Assembly: GCA_964016885.1 (NCBI GenBank)
Contig: OZ024744.1
Span: 64,232,001 to 64,296,000, forward strand
Direction of reading: 5' to 3'
Source: Eledone cirrhosa
Taxonomy: Eukaryota
Length of the DNA: 64,000 bases
The notes below the pieces were generated by a model, which saw nothing but the letters and a program-made list of their open reading frames with translations, was not told the DNA's origin and did not search any database. A program made the position numbers and the translations under genes. Below, piece after piece: positions 1 to 13,100 of this stretch; position 1 is the first letter of the stretch; every line of letters starts with the position of its first letter.

Positions 1-499
1 AATTCTTTTAACCATTCCCAGGTAGCAATTACTTCTATTGGTTAGGTCATAGTTCAGTGGTAGAAGGAATATAAGATCACTTTATGCAGAGAATTTGGCA
101 ATCAGTGTGATTCGTGAAATTCTGGTACAGGTGTACTTTTATCAGCAAAGTGGAGAACACAGATATAGCTCAACTAGATGTTGTATGGAAGGAAAACATG
201 TATAAGTTCTATTGAGTTAATAATACTTTTGGTACAGGTGTGTAGATGTACTTTTAGAAAAAAGAAATAAATAGAAATAGGAATGTGGGGGTGTTACTGT
301 CTGTTGTATATATTCTAATTGTTGTAGATAAGTGGGAGGTGGGAGTAATAGAGTTATAACATACAGGCTGACATCAAATTAATTTCTACATATACACATT
401 ATAGTTACATGCATTAAGCCAATAAGAGTGCTTCTATGTGGTTGCCTAACTTGCTATAAATATCAGCCAAATATACAAATCACACAAAGATATTTTACT

Positions 500-2555
500 C
501 AATGCCTACGACAGTAAAGAAGAACAGATACAGACATTCAATGTAGAAGAGAACTGGGAGTTGCTAAAAAATAACTTACTAGAGGCGACGGATGAGGTCT
601 GTGGCTGGAGTAAGACCTCAAGCAGGAGGAGAGTGACTTGGTGGTGGAACAATAAGGTAGATGAGGCAGTTAAGGCCAAGAGACAGGCATGGAAAGAATG
701 GAAGAACGGGGCGAGCAGGGTACATTACATAGAGACCAAGAGGGAAGCTAGGCGACAAGTATACTTAGCTAGGAGGGAAGCAGAGGATAGAAAATTCAAG
801 CATGTTTTGCAACGTGAGGACCAGAAACAGGAGGTGTTCAAGATTGCGAGGCAGTGTGTCAGAGAGAGTTGTGATGTCATTGGAGAGAAGTGTATCCGGA
901 ATGATAAAGGTGAGCTTGCCCTCACAAGTGCTGAGAAGAAAGATGCATGGAAGAGCCATTATGATAGATTACTAAATGAAGAGAATGCATGGGAAGAAGA
1001 GACCCTACCCTAAGTAGACCCTATAGAGGGGCCAGCAGTACAAGTCAGCAGCAACGTAGTAAGTAAGGCAATCAAAGATATGAAGATGGGGAAGGCAACC
1101 GGTCCATCGGGTATAGCTGCCGAGATGCTGAAGGCATCTGGGTCTGTAGGTCACACTATAACCACACGTATTGTTAACCAGGTAATACTAGAAGGTGTCA
1201 TACCAAAAGATTGGTGCAGTAGCATCATTGTCAACTGCTACAAAGGTAAAGGTGATGCACTAGATAGAGGAAACTATAGAGGTATAAAGCTGATGGACCA
1301 GGTCATGAAAGTAACAGAAAGAGTTATAGCACAGTTGATTAGGGACCGGGTGAAACTAGACGAGATGCAATTTTTTGGGTTTGTACCAGGAAGAGGCACC
1401 ACTGATGCCCTCTTCCTTATCAGGCAGTTACAGGAAAAGTACCTAGCTAAAAGTAAGCCACTCTGCCTGGCATTTGTCGACCTTAAGAAAGCCTTTGACA
1501 GAGTTCCACGTGCTGTAATCTGGTGGACTCTTAGAAAACTAGGAGTAGATGAATGGCTTGTGAAAGCGTTACAAGCCATGTATAGGGGAGCAGTCAGCAA
1601 AGTAAGGATTAGCAATGAGTATAGCGAGGAATTTAGCGTACAGGTTGGGGTCCACCAGGGCTCTGTTCTTAGCCCCCCCCCCCTTTTCATCATAGTCCTG
1701 CAGGCAATAACGGAGGAGTTTAAGACCGGATGCCCATGGGAACTCCTGTATGCTGATGACCTCGCACTTATAGCTGAATCTATGGTAGAACTAGAGAAGA
1801 AATTCCAAACTTGGAAGCAGGGAATAGAAAGAAAGGGTCTCAAAGTCAACATGACAAAGACTAAGGTCCTTGTAAGTAGACGAGAAAACAGAACCCAGAT
1901 CCCCTCAGGGAAATGGCCTTGCTCAGTATGTAGGAAAGGTGTAGGTAGGAACTCCATTCTCTGCCCCAAATGCAAACAATGGGTACACAAGAGATGTAGC
2001 GGGATCTCAGGAAGCTTAATTAAGAATGTAGGCTTCACATGTAGCAGCTGTGCTGGGACAGCAAGCAGCAAACAGCCACAGGAAACAAGTACCACCAATC
2101 TCTGGGAGGGCTCTGTAGAAACAGTAGACAGCTTCTGCTACCTAGGTGACCGAATTAGCAGCGGAGGTGGGTGTTCAGAAAGTACAATAACTAGGGATGG
2201 AAGAAGTTTAGGGAACTACTACCACTGCTAGCTGCAAAAGCCTTCTTCCTCAAAATGAAAGGCAGACTGTATGATGCGTGTATCCGAACAGCAATGTTAC
2301 ATGGTAGTGAGACCTGGGCGCTGAAGGTGGAAGACTTATGTAGATTAGAGAGAAACGAAGCCTGCATGCTCCGATGGATGTGTAACAGTAATATACGTGA
2401 ACGACAAAGCATAAATGAATTGAGAGAGAGACTGAGCATAAGAGGAATCAAATGCTGTGTGCAGGAGAGGCGGTTGCGCTGGTATGGACATGTGATGCGT
2501 ATGAAGGATGACAGCTGCATAAAAAGGTGCAGAGCACTAGAAGTCGATGGAAACC
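500..2555 (+). mobile_element. RTE-clade LINE ORF2 fragment (RT plus PHD-like finger), disrupted and truncated at both ends
   Basis: ORFs 561-1013, 1080-2231 and 2255-2614 contain TWWWN, GNYRGIKL, AFVDLKKAFDRVP, GVHQGSVLSP, LLYADDL and RLRWYGHV. There is a stop at 1011-1013 and a 10-bp deletion frameshift near 2195. Homology to the other copies stops before the 3' UTR. Confidence 0.93.
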
Positions 2556-3089
2556 GCTTTCTCAGCTTATATATGAGTATATACGGTAATTGTATATTAT
2601 TGTACAATTTTTAAATTCAGAATATTTATGTCCTACAGTGTTGCATAATGCATAATCAATGGGCCCATTGCCAAGGTGTATGCGTGGGTGGGTGGCACTT
2701 GATGACAGCCCCACAACCCTACTCCACCTCACCCTTCATTGGTTTACCCACAGATTTAAAAGCATTTACGGTGATATTTTTAGTCAGAAATTCCACGTTA
2801 GAATTATTACGAATTAGATTACCCATCTGGAATGTTCTGAAGCATCAACCCACCTATCTCTCCTAGCACCAAAGATCTAACAATTGCCCTGATGGTCCAT
2901 ACCGTTTACCCGATGAATATTGTGGCCCACCTGAAAAACATTGTGCATCACCTTGTTAGATATAAAGAAGGAAGAAAATATAAAGGAGTATGTATGGTAT
3001 GGAGTTGTAGGAGTGCATACAGCTTCTCTTCGGTGTTTTAAGCCAGGCAGAGCGCATCTCCTATTCAGGGCTGAATACAGCAAATTTCT

Positions 3090-3335
3090 TCCAGAGAAGG
3101 ATAGAGAGTGAGAGAAAGAAAGTGTGAAAGAGATTTAGAGGAAGAATCGACGCCAGTACTAGACTGGTACTATTTTATTGACCTCGAAAAAATGAAAGGC
3201 TAAATTGACCACGGTGGGATTTGAAGTTAGAGAGCAGAGAGCTGGAACGAATACTGCAAAGCATTCTGTCTGACAGTCTAATGACTGCCAATTTGCTGCT
3301 TTATATAATTGTTTCTACTTTTGGCACAAGGCCAT
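3090..3335 (-). mobile_element. tRNA-derived SINE (family with tail ...ggccttgtgccaaaagtagaaacaattat)
   Basis: Reverse complement matches the SINE copies at 46148-46719 and 34040-34315. Confidence 0.7.
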
Positions 3336-3691
3336 CATAGAGTATAGACAGGGAAAAGTTAACCTCTTTGATACTAAACTGCCTAAAACTGCCCCTAGTT
3401 CTATAATAGACAATTTTTTTTAAAGTGTTTATATTTATCTTAAAAACCTTATATTATGATTTTCTGTAAGAATCTTTGTTGTGTTGTGTTCCAAATGTTA
3501 ATTTAATAATGAGAAATTTAGTTATATAATCAAATAACTAAAAATTCTTGATTTTTTTTTTTTTTTCTCCCCAAAAATTAGTTAAAATCCATAGATAGTG
3601 TCTTTCATTGGAAATATCGCAATGAAGGAGTTATTTGTATTTGTTTAAAAACCTTCCATCATTGTTTTATGGAAGAACCTTTGTTATGTTA

Positions 3692-4700
3692 TACTAGCAG
3701 AAAAACCACCCTTCAAGTGTTTTTTGCTAGCATGTGTAGTGTGTATATTGATATTATACGCAGACGAAACGGCTTGGTGGAATGCAGCGAAAATTTACAC
3801 AGTTATGCAGAATGACCCGGGGAGGCGTTGGGTCGACTTTCAAGCTACAATCTTCCATAGTTACAGAGAAAATCGATGAAACAGGAATTTCCCATTCAAA
3901 TTGAACTGAGAGTAATCTGTGAACGCAGAAGTAATTATTTTGAGAAACAGGAAGACGATATTTCGGTTCGTGAAGACGTTCCCTGGCAATGAACGGGAAA
4001 AAAGCGAGGATAATACGTCGTTATGTGGAGCGTAAAGAACAATTTCATGCAAAGACAAGACCATGTTTATGGTATAAATGGAGTCGTTAGACTAATATTC
4101 TATTTAAAATAACAGAATGAGTTCCAGCCCCGGAGTTTAAGAATGATGTAAATAAAATTGAAAACGAAAATGACAGAGGTTATTAAAATAGTAAAAGTAA
4201 ATAGTGAAGATTTAGGCCAGTACATATGTATGCTCCGACGGACATACACATACATATGCACACACAAATACATACACACCCACACACACAAACACACAGA
4301 CACACACACACGAACGCACGCAGTATGTATAAACCTTATGCATTTCTACAGTATTTTCACCAAACTTAAGACATAGGTTACTTATGTACTCCGGATGGTC
4401 ATGGGCACTGTCATTTTTCCAGATATTGATTATAGGGCCTCCTGGCAGATAACCACTTTAACCATTTCCTTGGAGTCGACTGAAGCACAGCAGTGCAATG
4501 CAACAAAACGTCATAACTTCTGGAGTTCGCAACCGATTTTCACAAAACTTGACACATGGGCTACGTTTGTCCTACAGATGAATGTGAACTCTCAGAATTG
4601 GCACATTTTGGGTAGGGGACCCCTGGGGGCAGGAGCCCCCTTTTGAAAAAAGCCGATGATTTTGTAAAAGTATAGTTTTCGAAGCAGCACTGAAGTATTG
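3692..4700. mobile_element. Probable Helentron/DINE-1-like non-autonomous element(s)
   Basis: Terminal hairpin ctagcagaaaaac...gttttttgctag (3694-3730); two copies of the motif (c)gattttcac(c/a)aaactt-gacac at about 4350 and 4535; internal CA microsatellite. Confidence 0.4.
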
Positions 4701-5774
4701 ACATAAATGGTATACACAACTGCTATTTAATATCCGAGCACCTCTGCTTGTTATACATAAACTGCATTAGGAGAAAATTAGTATGTTTATTTAAGCGATG
4801 GCCAACTGGAAGTGTTGACATTTCAGAAATTTTAAAGAAGTGAATCTTTAAATAAACAAAATATATTTAATCAACAGCCACAAAATTTATATTCATTCAT
4901 TATTTATTCAAAGTAATCCAACTTATTTTACTAATGGGATAACAAATTATAAACCGTACGCAGTCCCGCGCTCCTTACTTTATTATAGTTTAGATTCCAG
5001 ATGTCAGTTTGATAACAAGAAATTTAGTTATACCACTAGATACCACAACATTCCTTTATAGATTTATTATGTTTGATATATTTGGGAAAATAATCAAGAT
5101 TTTCGAAAAATTTAATAAAATAACTAACTTTTTCATTAGTAACTTTATGCTTGGAACATTATTTAACAAACATTTCTTAAACACAATTATGGTCGAATGT
5201 TTTGATGTAAGATTATATTTTACAAAAAAAGTTCTACAATGATGGAAATATGAAATTAAAAAAAAGATAAAAACAAAATTAAGTAATGTAAAGTGGGGGC
5301 AAGGAGTAAAAAAGGGCATATCTGGCTGTATAAGAAAGTAGAGTAAAAGACTATAAATGCCATGGACATTTTAAAATATTCAGTTTTGTAAAAGCCAGAG
5401 TGGGTTTAGGCAGTTGTATAAAAAAAAAAGGTTAAGCTCTGATCACAAGATACTCTATGATAACTAAATGTGTATAATAAGGCTTAAAGTGTTTTAACAA
5501 ATATTTCTATTTTTCTTTTACTAATGTTCTTTTTGTAAATACACAAATATGCATTCTTTTATTTTTATGCTGTGATGTTTATTGGAATTTCAGGTATTAT
5601 GTATTTTCAGATTCTATTTTTTTATGTGGATCTATATCGAGACAGTCTGTGTAATCTGTAAATGCTGACGTTTTTTTTTAAAAATAAATATCACCTCATT
5701 CTACAGACGTCTTGTATTGAATATTTTCTATTCGACTGTGGATACTTCTTTTTTCACCGACAGATTTTGTTATT

Positions 5775-7265
5775 CATCATCATCATCACCGTTTTACGTC
5801 CGTTCTTCTATGCTAGCATGGGTTAGACGAGCTGTCTTGTTGTGGGCAGTAGCCGGTTGGCTGACCATGTCTTGCTCATACTGATTCTGGCTTGATTTCT
5901 ACAGCTGGATGCCCTTCCTAACACCAACCTCATTTACAATCAGTGCTGGGTGCTTTTTTCCGTGGCATCTACACGTCCACTTTACAGTGTGGGCTGGGTG
6001 CTTTTTTGCCGTGGCACTTCCATGACCACTTTACAGTGGGAGGAGGTGGGGTCATATTGTCTATATGCTTCAGCTTCGGCTTGTACCCATGGGGGGAGGG
6101 GTCCTTCTGTATTACTGCATGACGCCAGAGGTCACGGTCGTGTGTCATCGCCTTTGAGAGGTGTAATTGGGTAAGGTTGGCTTTTATCACCTCATCCCAG
6201 GTCTTCTTGGGTCTCCCCACTCCGCGGCTTCCATCGACTTCTAGTGCTCTGCATCTTTTTATGCAGCTGTCATCCTTCATACGCATCACATGTCCATACC
6301 AACGCAACCTCCTCTCCTGCACACAACATTTGATTCCTCTTATGCTCAGTCTCTCTCTCAATTCGCTTATGCTTTGCCATTCGCGTATATTACTATTACA
6401 CATCCATCGGAGCATGCAGGCTTCATTTCTTTCTAATCTACACAAGTCTTCTACAGACAGTGTCCAGGTCTCACTACCATGTAACATTGCTGTTCGTATA
6501 CACGCATCATACAGTCTGCCCTTCATTTTGAGGGAAAAGCCTTTTGCAGCTAACAATGGCAGTAGCTCCCTGAACTTTTTCCATCCCGTTCTTACCCTAG
6601 TTATTGTACTTTCCGAACACCCACCTCCGCTGCTAATTCGGTCACCTAGGTAGCAGAATCTGTCTACTGTTTCTACAGAGCCCTCCCAGAGTTTGGTGGT
6701 GCTTGTTTCCTGAGGCTGTTTGCTGCTTGCTGTCCAGCGCAGCTGCTACATGTGAAGCCTACATTCTTAATTAAGCTTCCTGAGATCCTACTACATCTCT
6801 CGTGTACCCAGTGTTTGCATTTGGGGCAGAGGATGGAGTTCCTACCTACACCTTTCCTACTGAGCAAGGCCATTTCCCTGAGGGGATCTGGGTTCTGTTT
6901 TCTCGTCTACTTACAAGGACCTTAGTCTTTGTCAGGTTGACTTTGAGACCCTCGCTATAGTCATTGCTAATCCTAACTTTGCTGACTGCTCCCCTATACA
7001 TGGCTTGTACAGCTTTCACAAGCCATTCATCTACTCCTAGTTTGCTAAGAGCCCACCAGATTATAGCACAGGGAACTCTGTCAAAGGCTTTCTCCAGATC
7101 GACGAATGCCAGGTAGAGCGGCTTACTTTTAGCTAGGTACTTTTCCTGTAACTGCCTCACAAGAAAGAGGGCATCAGTGGTGCCTTTTCCTGGCACAAAC
7201 CCAAATTGCATCTCGTCTAGTTTCACCCGGTCCCTAATCAACTGTGTTATAACTCTTTCTGTTAT
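5775..7265 (-). mobile_element. RTE LINE, 5'-truncated, with intact 3' UTR and (GAT)n tail and an internal RT deletion
   Basis: Minus-strand ORFs are near-identical to the 500-2555 copy; SNDYSE joins directly to GLKVNL, so the QG and YADD motifs are lost; catcatcat tail at about 5775. Confidence 0.93.
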
Positions 7266-7284
7266 ATATCATTATTGAGTCTCT

Positions 7285-7555
7285 TTAATCTGTTGACTGC
7301 TGCATATATTTTACACAGCTACAGTTGCTGTGTTGGGTTTTTTTCCAGTAAAATGACTTGTTTTTAAAACAAACATTTATTAACAACACATATGTGAATG
7401 ATTGACAAACATCACATCAATAAATTAGTAACCCCATCTAGCTTTGATGTTAGGACTGTCGGAAACGAGTTCATAACTTTGAAGTTATGAACTGTTGGAA
7501 ACAAGTTCAAACATGTTAGGATGAATTATCTTGTCTACGGCACTGAAGACGTTAA
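7285..7555. mobile_element. TTAA-flanked piggyBac-like MITE, family 2 (inverted copy at about 35657-35863)
   Basis: Reverse-complement homology to 35657-35863 (gttgactgctgcatatattttacacagctacagttgctgtg); ttaa ends. Confidence 0.6.
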
Positions 7556-7649
7556 AGCAAGTTTTTTTATGGTCTAATGCCTTTCCTGATAGTATACCAA
7601 CCCATAGTTGATTTTATGTATGGTTCGTTAAACCACTACACTGTAGAAA

Positions 7650-7815
7650 TAGGCATGGGCAACCTTTTTTGAGCAGTGGGCTGCATAATATGTGGCTTAT
7701 CATAAGGCAGGCCACACTACTAAAACATTGAAGGCAATTTTGAAATTAAGTATGCCATTTAGAAAGTTAAACAGGCCGCATGTGGCTTGTATGCTGCAGT
7801 TGGCCCGTGACTGCT
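7650..7815. mobile_element. hAT (Charlie-like) MITE remnant
   Basis: Ends taggcatgggcaacc... and ...gttggcccgtgactg with an internal ggccgcatgtggc motif typical of Charlie-type elements. Confidence 0.5.
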
Positions 7816-7884
7816 GTAGAACATTGTTCAGTTCATGGTATTTTTTATAACTGTTGTCTATGTTTTGTGGCAACTGGTAAATAT

Positions 7885-8330
7885 TTAGCGGTTTTCGTGT
7901 CAACCCTTATCTATGGTCATGAATCTCGGGTAATGGCCGAAAGAATACGGCTGAATCGAGATTCCTCTGAAGAGTGTTTGGAGTAACGTTACTCAATAAA
8001 GTGCGTAGCTTGGAGATCGGAGAGTCACTCCAGGTAGAGCCGCTACTTCTCAGAATTGAGAGATCACAGCTCTGATACTATGGCCATGTGGTTAGAATCT
8101 CAGAAAAGAATCACTGGACAGATTTTACGGGCAAAACCAACCGGCAGGAAAGCCAGGGGTAGACCCCCGAGCAAGAGGGTTGGATAAGATCCATGAGCTT
8201 GGCTGGTCTCACTTGGTGATCCAGTTATATCAGTTGGAGACGGTTGCTTCTGACAGGACCTGCTGGAGGGGGTGTTTGGGGACTCTGCCCCCATGACCCT
8301 CTCAGGAATAAGTGGGCAAAGAAGAAGAAA
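7885..8330 (+). mobile_element. Second RTE family (Expander/Rex3-like) 3' fragment; further copies at about 10880-11165 (+) and 13955-14150 (-)
   Basis: Translates to STLIYGHESRVMAERIR and VRSLEIRESLQVEPLLLRIERSQLRYYGHVVRM; three mutually similar copies. Confidence 0.8.
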
Positions 8331-8544
8331 AGATTGTTGTTTGTTCATTTGTTGAATGGTAGTGTAGTTGGTGTTATGAGATGAAGTTGAAGTTGTTGAA
8401 TGAGTGATTTGTTGGTAAAGTCCATGGCAAGTGAGTGAAGTGTGTCTCAGTGAGTCAAGTGAGTTGTTGCTGCTGTGAAGTCTTGCTATGGTTAAGGAAA
8501 CCAGTGGTTGTAGTCACTTGTGGTGGTGGTGTGATATTACTGTG

Positions 8545-8595
<51 letters not shown>

Positions 8596-9674
8596 TTCCC
8601 TAATCACATTGATATGAATTTACAAATGACCAAGAGACTGCTGAGTTTTATATGTTTTTATTGGTTGCATGGTTTACTTTGAAAACAGGTACAGTAATAA
8701 TGAACAACAAAGAAAGGTACATGTATAATTGTTGAGTGTTGATTGTGTAAATGAATGTAGAATATCAAAGTAGTGAATTGAATAATCTGTGTATTGATGT
8801 TGGTAGCCAGCCCTGCAGGACAGGCTAGTGAGTGTGTATGTGTGTGGCTACATGAGGAACTGTGCTGTCTGTATGTTACAGAGCAAAGAAGCCGACTGAG
8901 TTAACTGGAATCAAAATCTCTTTTATTTATAAGGACAGGGACTGTCTATCTAGAAAACATTAAACACGTGGCTCTTGATAATTTCTTTTTAAACAAAGAC
9001 AGTAAATCTTTTTGGAGACATTGTTAGCTCAAACAAAAGAATTGGTATCTTAGGAGAAGACCTAAGAAAATGTAGGATAATGTAGCTGAACTTCACAAAA
9101 GAGATGACCCAAGATTGAGAAAACTGGCGATACTTTGTAATACGGGGAACTTGAATATCTATGCAAGCAGATGAAACGAACACAAGGAAGATGCTCTCCC
9201 CCCCACCTGCCAGTATGCTTCACACCCTCTGACCTCCATTTACCACCCTCTACCCTAAACCTGAAGAAGCAGAAAGGTGGTACAACACTCAGATCACATC
9301 TCTACTTACCCGTATACTCCTGAATTCGCTGCCAGCATGCCCCTGATTTCCCTTCCCTACACTAAACCCAAAGGAGCAGAGAGATGGAACAACTCTCAGG
9401 TCCTTACCTGCTAATATACTATTGACAAGTTCACCTAACCCATGCTAGCATGGAAATCTAGGATGAACCTTGACTGGTTCATCTTTCTTGCTGAACCCTT
9501 GAATCCCCAGCACTTCCCCAACCCAGGCCACCATGGAAAGCCAGGCACCAACCAACCATCCACATGCTACAAGGCCACCCTACTTTTTAACCATCAAGGG
9601 AAGCCAGGCACACCTCCCAATATAATGTTCTGAACAATAGATTACTTGCTGTGGGAAGGGCATGGTAAAAGTGT

Positions 9675-9713
<39 letters not shown>

Positions 9714-9986
9714 GTGGTAGTGGCAGCAACAAATGCTGAAGTTTTAATTTTATAATTTCATGTTTTTATAGAAAGGAGATGGTAAAAGTGTGTGTGTGTG
9801 AGAGAGATCAGAAGAAAGTTGTAGTGGAATGTTGGTGATGTCGAAATTTTCTTTTTTTTAAACTTATGCCATATGGAAAATATTGCTTATTGTCAAATCC
9901 TATGTGAGTAAAATACTGTGAATATATATACAACCCTATAAATAAAACACTTAAAATGATTTTTAATACTTGGTGGTTGTTTTTAC

Positions 9987-10157
9987 TTAACCCTTTAGCA
10001 TTTACATTACTCTATATTTATTATTATATTTTCATGGTAAAGGCTTTATTTCACATAATTATCTCACATTATATGAAATCTATGAGATTCCAGTTTGAAC
10101 AAAAAGAGGTGAGAGAATTCTGGCTGGATATGGCCGGTTTAAATGCTAAAGGGTTAA
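9987..10157. mobile_element. piggyBac-like MITE family 1 (TTAA plus CCCTTTAGCATT TIR); other copies at about 11548-11758, 12085-12288, 38735-38922, 39612-39823, 44454-44663 and 58248-58460
   Basis: ttaaccctttagcattt ... aaatgctaaagggttaa termini with a TTAA target duplication; shared internal sequence across at least 7 copies. Confidence 0.85.
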
Positions 10158-13100
10158 ACCATGGAATTCCATGGGGTCAGCTAGTTTCCTTTATATGGCA
10201 AAAGGGAATATTTAAGAGAATAACACTAGAGCACAAATTTGCCATAAGACCTACACATTCTTCTTTTACTGATCAGAAAAATAGAAACTCTGCTACCATA
10301 GCAAAAATGCCTTGTGGTATTTTTCTAGCTCTATTGTGCTCTGAGTTCAAATCCTGTTGAGGTTAACTTTGCCTTTCATCATTTCAGGTTCAAAAGAATA
10401 AAGAACCACCAATCCAGAAATAAAAATATAATTATCATTGCCAGATGAGATGCTGTGTGGCTTTTTACATTCTAGCTTTTTTTGGGGGTTTTTTTTTTTC
10501 AGTAGTAGACTTAACCTGTCACTCCATTTAACACCACCACTAAATACTCCTTGGGTATCTTTAGCAGAATTTGCTCTGTTGTGTGGATGAAGTATGGCTG
10601 AATGGTTAAACAGTTCACTTCATAATCATTAGGTCCCAGGTTCAATCCTACTACTTAGCATCTTCAACAAGTATTATTTATCATAGCCTAGGTTTGACCC
10701 ATGTCTTGTGAGTGAAATTAGATAGACAAAACTGTTTGGAGACCCATTGAATAGATGGTAACTATAATTCAAAACGTCAGTCATGGTTTCACAGTGTGTC
10801 TCACTGAGTCTCCCTGAGAATTTCATTAAGAGTACATGTGTCCACTTATCACATTAATTTCATAAGTTAATTGTTCACTTGGGTAATGACCGAAAGAATA
10901 CAGTCTTGAATATAAGTGGCCGAAATGGGACTCCTCCGAAGGGTCTTTGGAGTAATGTTACTCAATAAAGTGCGTAGCTTGGAAATCAGAGAGTCACTCC
11001 AGGTAGAGCCACTACTTCTCCAAATTGAGAGATCACAGCTCCGATACTATGGGCATGTTGTTAGAATGTCTCAGGAAAGAATCATGGACAGATTTTACGG
11101 GCAAAACCAACAGGTAGGAGACCCAGGGGTAGACCCTGAGCAAGATGTTTGGTTAACATCCACGGTCCCAAACTGCTGGTCATGTACTGAAAGGTGCTGC
11201 CATGTGCAGAGTATTAGGTAATGATTGTACACATTACATTAATTAGGTGTGGGGCCATTTCATCAGCAGGAATTCACTTCCCTGTTAAAGAAAGGCATAT
11301 ATATATGAGCTGAGAGAGAAATTGAGCATAAGAGGGGTCATATGCAATGTGCAGGAGAGGAGATTGTTTTATATGGAGGATGACAGCTGCATAAAAAGTT
11401 GCAGGAAACTATGGAAGAGGAAAACTTAAGATGCAGTAATAAAAGCTGGACCTTGCACAATCAAATATCTCAAAGGCAATGGTACAGGATCAAGATCCCT
11501 GGAAATATTGTTCATATTAATTTTAATGTGATACATATTTGTTTATTTTAACCCTTTAGCATTCACATTACTCTATATATATATACCATTATATTTTCAT
11601 GGTAAAGGCTTTATCTCACATAATGTCGAATCTATGAGATTTTGAAAGTATTTATTTTGAGAACAATACCTTAACATCAGTTTGAGGAACCAGTTTCAAC
11701 AGAAAAAAAGGTAAAGAATTCTGGCTGGTTTTGGCCAGTTTGGACATTAAAGGGTTATACATCATTGGTTTATTGTTGGCATCTGCAAGGCTTCTAAAAT
11801 CTAAATCCAAATACTAGATCTTACTCCTTTGACCAAAGTTTTACTGTAGTTTCTTTCCATCACTAACTCAATATACTCCTCCTTAGTCTTTCATCTATTT
11901 TCATCTTCTTTCAGCTACTTTCATTTCCGTTACAAAAAAAAAAAATGCAAAAAAGGGTGAGGAGTGGAATAAAAGAAGAAAAAGTAATTAAAAAAATGTT
12001 ATGATAGTCAAATTGACCATTTTATTTTTCTAGTATTGGTGAAATAAGAAACAATCATATAACTGAGGATTGATTGGATTAACATGTATCCAGCCAGAAT
12101 TCTCTCACCTCTTTCTGTTCAAACTAGCCATAACCAGCCACACATACTTATGTTAAGGTATTGTTCTCAAAATAAATAATACCAAAATCTCATAGATTCA
12201 ATATTATGTGAGATAATTATGTAAGATAAAGCCTTTACCCTGAAAATACAATTGTATATATAGAGTAATGTAAGTGCTAAAGGGTTAAATATACCACTGC
12301 CCTAAAGAGTTTTCACTTTGAGCCAACATGAGAGATTGACTCGAATATATACCTTTCCTAAAGGTGACCTTGAACCAGCATGGTAGATAATAATAATTAT
12401 TATTATTATGATCTGTTTCTTCAATTTTATCAGACAGTTGACATTCAATTTCAACATTTATCTTTTTATATGGCATTTTCACTTAATTTTTGTGTGTGTG
12501 TGTGTCTATGTATGTATGTATGTGTGTTTGTGTGTATGTATGTAAATATGTATGTTTGTATGTATGTTTGTATGTATGTATGTCAGGTCACTCTTCAGCA
12601 CTACTGGTACATGTAATCAAGTACAACCTGTGCATGGTCGGGTTGTCAACGACTAAACCGGCAACATCACCAAGTTTGTGTGGTGGAGTTGCGGGATGGA
12701 AAACAAGATCCATCAAAGGGCAGAGGAACTCAAGAGAGTCAACATCCATCCAATAAAGTATTTCTTTTTTTTTGAGGAGTGAGAGACTCCTAATCTTCAT
12801 TAAGACATCTCTCTAGGAGGTCACTCTGATATAAAACCTGTGACTTTGATTGCATCCAATGATGTAGACCAGTTCTTCTTTTTGGGTAAATGTATTCAAT
12901 GTTCAAAGAGTGGGATTGGACCCATGCAAAGCCTTTCCTCACTTAAAAAAGCTTCAAGCACAGGCATTGCTTGATATGTGATATTTTTTGCGATGCATGG
13001 TATTGCTGGCCATAGGCAAGTCCCTAGTGGGACTAGAATGCCACATCTGTGTTGCTCATGCTTAAGTATCAAGCAATGGCATTACTCAACATTGAGTTGC

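Noticed and set aside
60-245. Possible Tc1 transposase C-terminus and TIR
   Set aside because: Only weak resemblance (SAK..TQ.Y, acttttggtacaggtgtgta); too degenerate to support.
1274-2098. 274-aa minus-strand ORF and similar antisense ORFs over LINEs
   Set aside because: Antisense shadows of RT coding sequence with no independent motifs.
9255-9290. CTGAAGA...GAAA as a hammerhead core (also at 42050)
   Set aside because: No supporting stems I-III or cleavage triplet could be formed.
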